Source: an uncultured bacterium
Lineage (GTDB): Bacteria; Oederibacteriota; JAAXVQ01; JAUVAV01
NCBI GenBank assembly: GCA_963710755.1
Contig: CAVQBK010000013.1
Span: 160,001-224,000 of the forward strand
DNA length: 64,000 nt
Reading direction: 5' to 3'
A model generated the notes under the pieces. It was not told the DNA's origin and searched no databases. It saw only the letters and a list, made by a program, of their open reading frames with translations. Of the stretch, positions 27,101-35,923 are shown piece after piece. A program made the translations under genes and the position numbers. How positions within the stretch are numbered: position 1 is the stretch's first letter; each line of letters starts with the position of its first letter.

Positions 27101-28590
27101 TAATCGGAATCAGCATTAAAGGTCACATCCAATTGGCGCAAGCCGTTGAACAGCGAATTGGTTACGTTATGAATGTCCGACGTATTGGGTAACGTGGTGG
27201 TGGTAAAGTTGTCATTGCCATCAGTCCTGATATTCCAGTACAAGTCCGTGGCATAGATGGTAACGGAAAAAGCGTTGCCTTGCTGTTGAGTCAAGGGTGT
27301 CCCATTGTACCCTACGCCTGCAAAATAAGTATTGCCGCTCGAATCGGCACCAGGACGGTAACTGAGGCCCGGCACAGTGGCAAACATGGTCCTGTAGGTG
27401 TTGGGATTAACGGTCATACCCACAGTCTGGCCGATATGACCGGTATGGCTGGTGGGCGTATCTGTGGCAATATCGGAGACAAACAAAGATGCTGTCGAGG
27501 GGGTGGTGGTCGCCCGGTAAATCCTGACATTCAAATTAGCAACGCCGGAAGTAAAGGCAGCTCCAGGCACTAACCAATTGGCAGTGGATGAGCTTGAGGT
27601 ATAATTGGAAGTGGCCCCATTGATCTGGATGACGCTCTGAGTCGGGCCAAAATAATCAAGGGGCGGGCAGGTCACGTATACCGTGTTGCTATAAGATTGT
27701 ACGTCATTTTCATATTGGTCCTTGGCTCGTATGGACATGGTGAATTGGTTACCAGCCGTCTGGGTAGCCCCGGCGCTCACTGTTAAATGGTCAAAAGTGG
27801 TATTCAGTACCGTAAACTGACCTGAGGCTTGATCAAAAGGCGGATTGCCGGAAGGCATATGGATATTTTGGTTGGACGTGGCCACGGTCAGCGTAATTTG
27901 CGCTATTCCCTGTCCAGTGCTGATAACAATGGGATCTGGATTGCTGCTGGCCAGGGCATCAGTCACATCGAGATGGCTGGCTGGATTCCAATCCAAATTT
28001 GCGCTTTGATTGACCTGGTTACCGTAGACATCGGTGATATACACATTGATGGTGACCGGGCTACCGGCGGTCACGTTGTTGGGCGTTCCTGTTCTGCCCC
28101 AAGTCCCGCTATGCCGCTCACCAGGCGTGTAAGTCTGGCCGGGCATGACCGTCAAATACCAGAAGGCGCTGCTGGTTACGACATCAAAGTTTGTCGACAC
28201 CGCATCCGTTACACCGACGCTGCTGTTACTGATAGTCACCGTATAATTGCTGGCTGCTTTTTTAATGTTCAAATTCCCTGTAAACACACCGTTGCTGAAA
28301 GCCGCTGAATTAAAGGTTGGTGATACAGACCATGATTCGTAAGTGCTGGACAAGGTGGTAGCACCGTATTTAATGGTCATGGTGGTTGTTCCGGGGATGC
28401 TGGTCACAGTGTTGCCGGCAGCGTCAACCCCAACAATGGCAAGGGTGATATTGGAACCAGCGGTATAGCTGGAAGTAAAATTGTTTCTAAATTCAAAATG
28501 ATCAAGTGTGGCAGCTTGGCTTAATACCCCCATGCCAAGTCCCATGAGCACAATCCCAAACACCATCAAGAGTCGTTTAAACCTTTTCAT
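24148..28590 (-). CDS. Large secreted Ig-repeat surface protein with PT linker and C-terminal FlgD-Ig/T9SS-CTD-like domain
   Basis: Signal peptide, repeated DHF...AG...DxYGN beta modules, TPTPT linker, IKVYTLQGKLI...WDGRTAQGEIVPSGIYIV. Confidence 0.85.
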   Translation of the reverse strand: MKRFKRLLMVFGIVLMGLGMGVLSQAATLDHFEFRNNFTSSYTAGSNITLAIVGVDAAGNTVTSIPGTTTMTIKYGATTLSSTYESWSVSPTFNSAAFSNGVFTGNLNIKKAASNYTVTISNSSVGVTDAVSTNFDVVTSSAFWYLTVMPGQTYTPGERHSGTWGRTGTPNNVTAGSPVTINVYITDVYGNQVNQSANLDWNPASHLDVTDALASSNPDPIVISTGQGIAQITLTVATSNQNIHMPSGNPPFDQASGQFTVLNTTFDHLTVSAGATQTAGNQFTMSIRAKDQYENDVQSYSNTVYVTCPPLDYFGPTQSVIQINGATSNYTSSSSTANWLVPGAAFTSGVANLNVRIYRATTTPSTASLFVSDIATDTPTSHTGHIGQTVGMTVNPNTYRTMFATVPGLSYRPGADSSGNTYFAGVGYNGTPLTQQQGNAFSVTIYATDLYWNIRTDGNDNFTTTTLPNTSDIHNVTNSLFNGLRQLDVTFNADSDYSITIDNPAPGVNTYVTPYTITTFSMDHFDLELVSGGAWPSQWVAGVPVNVSITAWSDGTHVATTFNGAADLSCTLDHSPTMKVIRPTSITFTNGVWNGQVTVFRANRTPTENNNITVSLGATQNNSATIRICHNVPTKMLIVEEGGMERYNGLNPDIDPTGALSVQGQPAEQTAGAPISQIDFYLCDDYWNTVTTPAQDANAAVTITCSDPFPAQILGVGQFSGGTLSVNLSNGVYQANNSFVLYKVNGSTGQQIGVNLGGYTTYVLGTNKNAVPVKHAAANLDIVSPYDSRTRRFNFIINTSQAAFSSGAAKAGVPFAVTVAAVDCYGNTLNSLNGGAAFGTYTSVNLSANTDISNKSMWPTKLGTLDATKWTEGISYPWIYVYKKVTGGGEFLTAAYDFGAGGRTGVSQNFNVLNNSFARVVAYTTGMSIPDDMGAGGTYVDPTGALYSSTPPPASVNVFNNFGSPSAETAGIHASALRAYTCDIYGNIVKGTPSFNVTLDTSDPFSPPPANKQVDNINGYADFTNTFRFHTHGTQTITFSPTTVTATDGTTPNITVNPGAYYGLQILVPGLTAVEGSGNSGLAIGAVQGLPANSWYSGVSGPTSTTYEGNIEVEGIYFPVTVQAVDLFGNFVGSSAPTNSIELRSDDPNSEAEPNSGAFLNSTLAGGRAWFSAQLRSNGLRTLRPYDLTNGSIIDGAESLTVAYLRISQTGLFHYELVIDGIRVSDNQTVLVEAHPNTFNVRVEIVHDTLNQIININRLFALDVYSSLSPLTPATGTLYINTGQTINGVCTIPNETYNLGGTIYIRARDLDAGDPNPVAQGYSPRIDVNGPMATPTPTLTATPTPTATTGTPEATLTPTPTSTPTATCTLIPTSTPTSVVHTDRETPVKAYNNKINPTRNDQPAIISFYCENQGLVDIKVYTLQGKLIAELVKERVYTAGMHETTWDGRTAQGEIVPSGIYIVLVKTPNVTKYVRVAVIK

Positions 28591-28706
28591 TGCTTCCTCC
28601 CTCTGTCCTCATTCTTTTTAAATGCCCTATTTTACTTATAGCCGGCAGATGCCGCTCCTACCGGGGTAGATTTAAAAACTTCGGCTTGCGGCAACTGGTC
28701 TGAGCT

Positions 28707-29562
28707 CTAAAAATAGTAGGTCAAATAAACTTTCCCCTCAGTCCAAGTGGCAATGTCATTGGCATCCTGTTCGCGATAATTGTATCCCAGATCCAAACCC
28801 AGTCCCCAACGGGACTGGAGCAACCATTCAGCGCCGATAAACCCACCGATGGTGGCGTTTAATTGACGGCTGTCTCCCAGGTCCACCTGTACCGAAAGCC
28901 CGGGGTAAATAAACAGTTGTGAAGGTTTCGGTCGTATGACCGGCATTAATTGTATCCGCATACCCGCAGCTAGTCCTGAGGGCGACTTTTCCAAATCCAA
29001 TTCCGTCATCAACCGTTCCTGATTGCCAAAACTATAACGGCAATGAACACCCCAGGTATGAAGCCCTATACCCCAGCGGCGGAACCCCGCTGGTATCTTC
29101 TTTTTCCTGCTTGGTTGTCCGGGATATTAAGTCGTCAAGTTCGGATAATGGTCCAACAGCCTTCTTTACTTCGCTCATATTTTTTATTTTTTGATTTCCT
29201 ATATAAGGCGGTTCTTGTAATTTGATTTCCACACGCTTCACCACATGGCTTTGATCAGCATATTTTTCCAAAATGATCGTAAAATATCGGCGTGCCTTTT
29301 TTGCTTCCCCTTTTTTATCCATGATCATACCCATGTGATAATTGGCCACTGCTGCAATATCATGTATATCTACATAAGTTTTTGCCAAATCGTTATATAT
29401 AGTGAAGGCCAATTCCAAATTGCCGGTACCCATTTCCTGAAACAGGCCCTCCTGGTACAGACGCAGGGCTTTGCTCCGCCGGCCCTCACTGGCCTCCATG
29501 GCATACAGACTGTTCATAAGCGTCATTGCCGTTATTATCACCACCAGCATTCCCCTGAACAT
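28707..29562 (-). pseudogene. Frameshifted gene: signal peptide + TPR domain + small C-terminal beta-barrel
   Basis: ORFs 29032..29562 and 28707..29012 join into ~284 aa if one base is removed near 29085-29105; the alternative frame reads FRRWGIGLHTWGVHCRYSFGNQERLMTELDL into the downstream ORF, which ends YLTYYF. Confidence 0.7.
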
Positions 29563-29620
29563 GGATTCAGCTCCTATAGGATTAGTATAGATAAATTCAT
29601 TTTTTTTGATTCACTATTAA

Positions 29621-29650
29621 GTCAAACATTTGTCAAATATTTGTCATCAT
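29621..29650. promoter_or_regulatory. Direct-repeat operator (OmpR/PhoB-type)
   Basis: GTCA at 29621, 29632 and 29643 (11-bp period): GTCAAACATTT GTCAAATATTT GTCATCAT. Confidence 0.65.
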
Positions 29651-29675
29651 GAACACGTGCGTCCTGGCCTTGGCT

Positions 29676-30362
29676 TCAATCCACAAAACGATAACCTTTC
29701 CCATGTACGGTGAGCAGATGTTTGGGCTCATCTGGTTTTTTCTCAATTTTCTGGCGCAACTTTAAAATGTAATTGTCCAAAGAACGGGACACCGGCATTT
29801 GTTCCAAATCATATCCCCAGACGTCTTGAAAAAGTTGCTCCCGGCTGATCACTTTTCCGCGATGGCTCAAGAGATAGCGCAACAACTCCAGCTCGCGTAC
29901 GGAAAACTCCAAAGGGCGATTGTATTTTAAGGCGGTCATGGCTTCGAAGTCAAATTGAAGTGATCCCAGTGTATACCTGGTAATTAAGGATGGGCGCTGT
30001 TGGGCATTTTTCAGACGTACTTTAATACGGGCTATCAACTCTTTGACCCCAAACGGTTTGGTGACGTAATCGTCAGCGCCGTATTCAAACCCTTTGATTT
30101 TATCTACTTCCTGACTCTTGGCGGTGAGGATAATAACCGGCACATATTTATTCTCTTTTCTTAAGCGCTTTAGTATGTCGTAGCCGTTTAAACGGGGCAG
30201 CATCAAATCGAGCACCAACAGATCATAGGGTTCTTCCAGTGCATATTTCAACCCTTGTTCCCCATTTCGCGCCGAAAGCACATAGTAACCCGCCTGTTCC
30301 AACGCATCCTCCAACGCCACTAAAATGGGCATCTCATCCTCAATGATTAGAATGGTTTCCAT
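29676..30362 (-). CDS. OmpR/PhoB-family response regulator
   Basis: IIEDE, LDLMLP, GADDYVTKPF, winged helix LRQKIE...TVHGKGYRF. Confidence 0.95.
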   Translation of the reverse strand: METILIIEDEMPILVALEDALEQAGYYVLSARNGEQGLKYALEEPYDLLVLDLMLPRLNGYDILKRLRKENKYVPVIILTAKSQEVDKIKGFEYGADDYVTKPFGVKELIARIKVRLKNAQQRPSLITRYTLGSLQFDFEAMTALKYNRPLEFSVRELELLRYLLSHRGKVISREQLFQDVWGYDLEQMPVSRSLDNYILKLRQKIEKKPDEPKHLLTVHGKGYRFVD

Positions 30363-30378
30363 CTTATTCCCTCCTGTC

Positions 30379-32400
30379 TCATAACTTTGGTCCCTCCAGA
30401 GACGGCAACGCCACCTCCACGGTCGTGCCGCGGTGCAAGCGGCTGGTTATTTTAATATGCCCATGATGAGCCTTAACGATATCTTTGACGATGGCCAATC
30501 CCAGTCCCACGCCCTTAAATTTTTCTTCATAAGTTCGCTTGGCTTGATAAAATTTTCTGAACACCTTGCGCACTTCGGCCTTGGTCATGCCCACCCCTTG
30601 GTCTTCCACAGCCACGATGACTTTGCCTTTATCCAATCGCGAGCCGAGCCGTATCTGGCGTTCTTCTTTGGAATATTTTCTGGCGTTGTCCAACAAATTG
30701 AGGATGACCCTGATCATGGCATCACGGTCCACATTAGCCAAAGCCTGCGACTCCAACTGTACAAGCAATTCCATCGGTTGATCCTGGTGATTTCCGTTAA
30801 ATATTTGAACTGCTTCCCGGATGACATCGTCAAGAAGGTAGGGATCAAGCCGGTAATTGAGCTTCTTTTTTTCGATGCGGGTAATATCGAGCAGATTTTC
30901 CACCAAGCGGGCCAGACGCATGGATTCTTCCTGCATGAAATTGCAATATTGCTCTATCTTTTGCCGGGGCAGCCGGGCATGATCCTGCATCAATTCTGAA
31001 AAGGCCCGCAAAGATGTTAAAGGCGTTCTGAGTTCGTGGGAGACTTGAGAAACAAATTCGGTCTTCAACTCGGACAATTTGATTTGATTATCCACCACGA
31101 TGAAAAGCATGCCCACAATGATGGCCAGGCAAAAGAAGGCAATGATATAAACGTGCTTCAAATGCACCAGTTCATGGCGCAGCGCTTGTTGCCAATCATT
31201 CTTCGGGGCCAACCGAATCTTCAGCCCCGGCAATTCCTTGGTAACTGCAAATTGTAATTCCGAGTGTTTTTTAGTTGCGAACGGTCGAAGGATTTCATCG
31301 CCATAGATGAGTCCTGCCTCCAAATGCTCTTTTTGGATATCCTCTATGGTCTTGCCCAGTGCTCGTTGAATAAATAGGTAAAAATCAATTTCCAAGATGA
31401 GAAAGGCCTCAGCATGGGGAATAATGAGCAGCACTCTTCTTTTCCGGTCAGATCGTTCCAAATGATAAAAATGATAGGGCGCCGTGTAATAGCGGCCTTC
31501 CAGATAAGGGATAACCTTTTTCTGTAACAGGGCCACGTATTGCTTGTCCGCGTTGATGACTCTTTCTTTTCTCTCGATAGCAAGATAACGGCGTCTGATC
31601 TGGCGGCTGTTTATGGAGAGATGGTTGAAGGACTTTTTGATCTTATCCATAAAAAATTGTTGTTTCAAATCGGTCAGGGTCCATTTGGAATTGAGTAAAT
31701 CCTGCATCATGTTTAGGGAGGCGTTGGCCGCATTGGCCGGTTGGTTCATGGCCTCGTAGATGGTGACAATTTGTAAGCCGGCGGCCAACCCAAGAGGAAT
31801 TTCCTGGCTTAATTTTGTTTGAGGATTTTGCATATAGATCTGCCGGTATAATTTCAAAGCCCGTTCATAATTACCTTGTTTAAAGAGACAACGCGCCAGG
31901 GCGTTGGCCGCATAGACATCATCGGGATTTTCCAGCCACAATTTTTCATAAATGGCCACCGCCCCCGCGAAATCCTGGTCGCGATATTCCATGATTTCGG
32001 CCAACTTGAATTGAGGATGGTCGAGCAGCCCCACGCTCAATACTTCAGTGCTTTTTTGTCTGAGCGGTTTTTGCCAACCTTTAAGATAGATGCTTTCACC
32101 GTCATAATAGAAAGCTCGCAGGATATCCTCACGCGCCTCTTCCAGGACACTTAAATTCTTGGAATTTTCATGGGCTTGCCCGGGCGTAAATTTGACTCTA
32201 TAACTGAGGATGTCCTGAAGATAATGTTCCCAAGCTTCCATTAGTTTAAGTTTGTTTTTTTCCAAATAAAGATGATGGGCTTGGGCCAGATCAAATTCAA
32301 TTTTCTCCCGGTTGTGGTTAAAGTCCGTTCTGAATAAATGGACCAAAAGCCCCAATACTAAAAATAGTATCATCCAACTTATAACCCTGGTTCTACTCAT
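30379..32400 (-). CDS. Sensor histidine kinase with periplasmic TPR-containing domain
   Basis: Two TM segments, TPR-like ANALARCLFKQGNYERALKLY, SHELRTPL, NLLDNARKY, DQGVG, GVGLGL. Confidence 0.93.
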   Translation of the reverse strand: MSRTRVISWMILFLVLGLLVHLFRTDFNHNREKIEFDLAQAHHLYLEKNKLKLMEAWEHYLQDILSYRVKFTPGQAHENSKNLSVLEEAREDILRAFYYDGESIYLKGWQKPLRQKSTEVLSVGLLDHPQFKLAEIMEYRDQDFAGAVAIYEKLWLENPDDVYAANALARCLFKQGNYERALKLYRQIYMQNPQTKLSQEIPLGLAAGLQIVTIYEAMNQPANAANASLNMMQDLLNSKWTLTDLKQQFFMDKIKKSFNHLSINSRQIRRRYLAIERKERVINADKQYVALLQKKVIPYLEGRYYTAPYHFYHLERSDRKRRVLLIIPHAEAFLILEIDFYLFIQRALGKTIEDIQKEHLEAGLIYGDEILRPFATKKHSELQFAVTKELPGLKIRLAPKNDWQQALRHELVHLKHVYIIAFFCLAIIVGMLFIVVDNQIKLSELKTEFVSQVSHELRTPLTSLRAFSELMQDHARLPRQKIEQYCNFMQEESMRLARLVENLLDITRIEKKKLNYRLDPYLLDDVIREAVQIFNGNHQDQPMELLVQLESQALANVDRDAMIRVILNLLDNARKYSKEERQIRLGSRLDKGKVIVAVEDQGVGMTKAEVRKVFRKFYQAKRTYEEKFKGVGLGLAIVKDIVKAHHGHIKITSRLHRGTTVEVALPSLEGPKL

Positions 32401-32470
32401 AGGCCTGCCTGCTCATGATTTCACCTAATGACAGTTTAGCTTGCTTTTACCCAAAAATTACCATCATTTG

Positions 32471-32499
32471 GTCATTAAATTGTCAAAATTTTGTCAACC
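32471..32499. promoter_or_regulatory. Direct-repeat operator (OmpR/PhoB-type)
   Basis: GTCA at 32471, 32482 and 32493 (11-bp period): GTCATTAAATT GTCAAAATTTT GTCAACC. Confidence 0.65.
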
Positions 32500-32611
32500 C
32501 CTGGTAGTATCGGCTTTTTAGCTTCGGTCCTTATTTTTTCCCATCATTGACAGGATTTGGAATGTTGCTTAAAATTATAATCATTTCCAGGCTTGACGAC
32601 CGGAGTCATTT

Positions 32612-34315
32612 TTGAAAATCACTTTTCCTCCTGTTTTAAACAACCAGACGATCGCAGCCTTTGTGGTAAAAAACAGCGCCTACTACACGGCGGCCTGGAC
32701 AAACCGCCCTTGGTATAAGCAATGGAATTGGTCCGCCGCCCTTTTCGGGCCATTCTGGCTGGCTTATCGCCGTCTTTATGGCTGGGCGTTGCTTTGTGCG
32801 GGGCTGCTGGTTTGGGCCGATTTTTTGGTGACCAGCAGTCCATTTTATTTCACGGTGGCCATGGAGCCTTTTTTACTTACCGGTTGGCTGGGCAACAACC
32901 TCTATGGCCATTCTTTTCGCCGATCCATGGTTTTGGACCACACCTCTAATATCCATTCTCCAGGCCCCCATTGGGCCATGCCTCTGGTACTGGCCGGGGT
33001 GATGATCGTGACCAGCGTGGGCCTGCCTTTTTTGTTCCGGCTGCCCCTTTACGCAAGCACCCACAGGGGTATTTTTATCCAGTCCCTGCTCTGGACCTGG
33101 TCCCACCCGTCTTCAGCGCTTGCTGAAATCACAGGATTACAAAATGAAGTTCAGCAGACTTATTGGAAGGGCGACTTCAAGAATAGTATTGCGCTCAGCC
33201 AGGGTGCTTTAGGTCTGGTCAACTTAAAATTCGGCCGCGACAACCCTTTGCGGTCCACATGGGAAACCATCCTGATTCAATTAAACCGGGAAGCCGGTCA
33301 TTATCAAGCTGCCCGCGCCTTGGCCGATGATATACTGCAACGCTATGAGACAGCTTGGGGTCCGGACAATATCTTCACAGCGCTGTTCACAGTTAACTTG
33401 GTGGATTTGGATATAGATCAAGGGCTTATGGACCAGGCCAAATCCAGGGCTTATAACAGCCTGATGCTTTGGGACCGCGTGCCTGACAACATTACCCAAC
33501 CAGTAATGGTGGCACAAAAAGCATCTTTATACAGTGACATGGGCGTCATCATGCAGAACTATGGTCGCATGGATGAGGCGCGCCGGTACCATCAGCAGGC
33601 CCTGCATCTCTATCAACAAGCTTATGGGGATCATACTCCGGGGGCTTGGCGTTATCTGATGCGCTTGGGAGATTATTATAAGGAAACTTTGCAATGGGAT
33701 AAGGCCGGGGACTTTTATCATCAAGCCTGGCGGCTGGTCAACCGCGGCCTGCCTGCCTCCAACCCTCTCACCCCGGTCCTATTGATTGCACTTGGTGATC
33801 TTGATTATCTTGAGCGCGATTACGATCAGGCGGCCCGCCGGCTGGAACAAGCGTTAGAGATAACCTATACCCTTTTTGGCAGGAATAATCTCCTTGCTGC
33901 CGCCGCCCTGCACAACTTGGGCAAGGTCATCTTTGCCAAAGGCAATCTCAAGGCCGCCGAGGCCAACCTCAAGCAGGCTTTGATGATGGTGGAAAAATCG
34001 ATTGGCCGTCACAACACCATCTATGCTGATTATAATCAGACCCTGGCTGATTTCTATTATTTTCGTAATCAAAGGGAGCAGGCCCGGAAACTGTTCCAGG
34101 AAAGTGTGACCCAATATACAGGCATTTACGGCTCTGATCATCCTCGCTTGATTTTCAGTTTGGAGAGACTGGCTGATCTGGCGGAAGAAGATGATGACTT
34201 GGGCCGGGCGGTGAGCTATTTAAAACAGGTTCACCTCATCCGGGATCATCATGGCCTTAAGGCCATCCCCAGCCGCCGACTGGTTGAATTGGATCGCGAA
34301 GGCATCAAACTTTAA
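32612..34315 (+). CDS. DUF2628-like membrane domain + kinesin-light-chain-type TPR protein
   Basis: WNWSAALFGPFWLAYRRLY and GWLGNNLY (DUF2628-like), then 42-aa TPR repeats; start codon uncertain. Confidence 0.75.
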   Translation: MKITFPPVLNNQTIAAFVVKNSAYYTAAWTNRPWYKQWNWSAALFGPFWLAYRRLYGWALLCAGLLVWADFLVTSSPFYFTVAMEPFLLTGWLGNNLYGHSFRRSMVLDHTSNIHSPGPHWAMPLVLAGVMIVTSVGLPFLFRLPLYASTHRGIFIQSLLWTWSHPSSALAEITGLQNEVQQTYWKGDFKNSIALSQGALGLVNLKFGRDNPLRSTWETILIQLNREAGHYQAARALADDILQRYETAWGPDNIFTALFTVNLVDLDIDQGLMDQAKSRAYNSLMLWDRVPDNITQPVMVAQKASLYSDMGVIMQNYGRMDEARRYHQQALHLYQQAYGDHTPGAWRYLMRLGDYYKETLQWDKAGDFYHQAWRLVNRGLPASNPLTPVLLIALGDLDYLERDYDQAARRLEQALEITYTLFGRNNLLAAAALHNLGKVIFAKGNLKAAEANLKQALMMVEKSIGRHNTIYADYNQTLADFYYFRNQREQARKLFQESVTQYTGIYGSDHPRLIFSLERLADLAEEDDDLGRAVSYLKQVHLIRDHHGLKAIPSRRLVELDREGIKL

Positions 34316-34510
34316 AGGTTGATAAAAGAAGGCGCTGTGACAACTAATGCGTTGCTGTTGCGGAATAAATTATTTTTCATCGGCGGAGTCTATGGTTTGC
34401 GTTATCTGAACCAAGCGGCCCAAAATAAAAGGTTTCTTTAGGAGCGCGGCACGCCGTGCCCCCACACCCACAGTCCAGTATAAAAATGGCCTTTCTCCTG
34501 CAAAAACAAC

Positions 34511-35923
34511 TTACCGGTTTGTTGTAGCCGGTAAGTCAGTGAGTTTGTTTTTGGTGACCAGTTGATCGGTCAGACGCAACCATTCAATCATCTGACGGTT
34601 GATGTTCATGGCCAAATCAATTTTGGCATACCGGTTGTCTGCCAGCTCCCGGGAAGCACCAATTACATCGTTTAATTCAGCCCGGCCTTGCAAATAATAG
34701 CGTTCTTCCTGAGCCAGGACGGTTTCATTTAATTGAATTTGCTGGTCCAGCACCGCCAGACGCATTTGACCATAACGCATCACCGTAAAGAGGCTTTGCA
34801 GCTGGTCCTGGAGGTGCTGTCCTAAGGCTTCTTTTTTCATGACATTTTGTTTGGCCTGAGCCTGCGCCAAGGCGTGTTTAAGGGACGGTTGTTGATCCAA
34901 AAAATCATAATGCATTTCCACGCCGGCCAGCCATTCCCGGCTGCGGTCCGTAATATCCTTTTCACCTTCGGTACGAAAACTCAGTACCAATTGCGCAGAA
35001 GGCATGAGGTCCTGCGCCCAGACTTGGGCTTCCACCCCGCTTTTTTCAATCAATCGGTCCAAAAGGGTAAAGGAACGGCTGTGAACCTTGACTTGAGCGA
35101 AAGTCTTTTCAAAAGAGTCCGGCAGAGGCCGGTAGGGCGGGATGGTGGCAGGAATTTCGTTTAGCGGCCCGGTCCATCCTGTATAATGCTGAATGGTTTT
35201 AAGCAAAGCCTGCAATTCCTGTTCCCGGGCCAATAGGGTTTCCTGACTTTCCAGAACCTGCAATTTAATTTTATTCACATCCAGCTGATCGGCAATCTTT
35301 TGGCGAAACCGTTCCTGAATGTTGTTTAATAATCTTTCCTGCTGGTTTAATATTTTCTTTGCAGCTTCCACTTGAGCCCAGCGCGCCACCCAGGTGTAAT
35401 AGAGATCCATCAATTCCGCCAGGTAGTCTTCATAGGCCTCTAAAATCTGGTAAGTAGCGACCTCCACTTCCAAACCCTTCAGCTTGGTCAACAAGCGATG
35501 GGTGTGACCAAAAGCGTTGTTCAGGAATGGTTGGGCAAGGCTAAAAGACGCTGTGCTCACTGCTCGGTCCAGAATATTACTGCTGCCGTAGGTCACCGCA
35601 GCCTGAACCTGGGTGCCCAGGGCGGCCAGCAGTCCCTGCACCTGCAGGCCCGCCTCCGGTCCAACGTCATCATCAGGCTGCAGGCGCAGATGATAATTGG
35701 CGCTGGCGCTTAAAAGCAATTGATCGGAAGGCACACCCAGAGCAGCTTGATATTCCTGCACCAGGGCCTCACTTAAGATAACCTGAAATTGCCGGTCCTG
35801 TTGACAGACGGCCTGGATAAACGCGTCAATAGCCATAGGTTGAGCCTGGACCAAATTCGGACTGAAGAACAAAAAGCCAAGTGTCACGACAACAGCTAAA
35901 CAGCCCGGCACTCTGTGCATCAT
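34511..35923 (-). CDS. TolC-family outer-membrane efflux protein
   Basis: Signal peptide, LAQPFL strand, long helices in two-fold repeat, overlaps the RND gene end. Confidence 0.85.
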   Translation of the reverse strand: MMHRVPGCLAVVVTLGFLFFSPNLVQAQPMAIDAFIQAVCQQDRQFQVILSEALVQEYQAALGVPSDQLLLSASANYHLRLQPDDDVGPEAGLQVQGLLAALGTQVQAAVTYGSSNILDRAVSTASFSLAQPFLNNAFGHTHRLLTKLKGLEVEVATYQILEAYEDYLAELMDLYYTWVARWAQVEAAKKILNQQERLLNNIQERFRQKIADQLDVNKIKLQVLESQETLLAREQELQALLKTIQHYTGWTGPLNEIPATIPPYRPLPDSFEKTFAQVKVHSRSFTLLDRLIEKSGVEAQVWAQDLMPSAQLVLSFRTEGEKDITDRSREWLAGVEMHYDFLDQQPSLKHALAQAQAKQNVMKKEALGQHLQDQLQSLFTVMRYGQMRLAVLDQQIQLNETVLAQEERYYLQGRAELNDVIGASRELADNRYAKIDLAMNINRQMIEWLRLTDQLVTKNKLTDLPATTNR

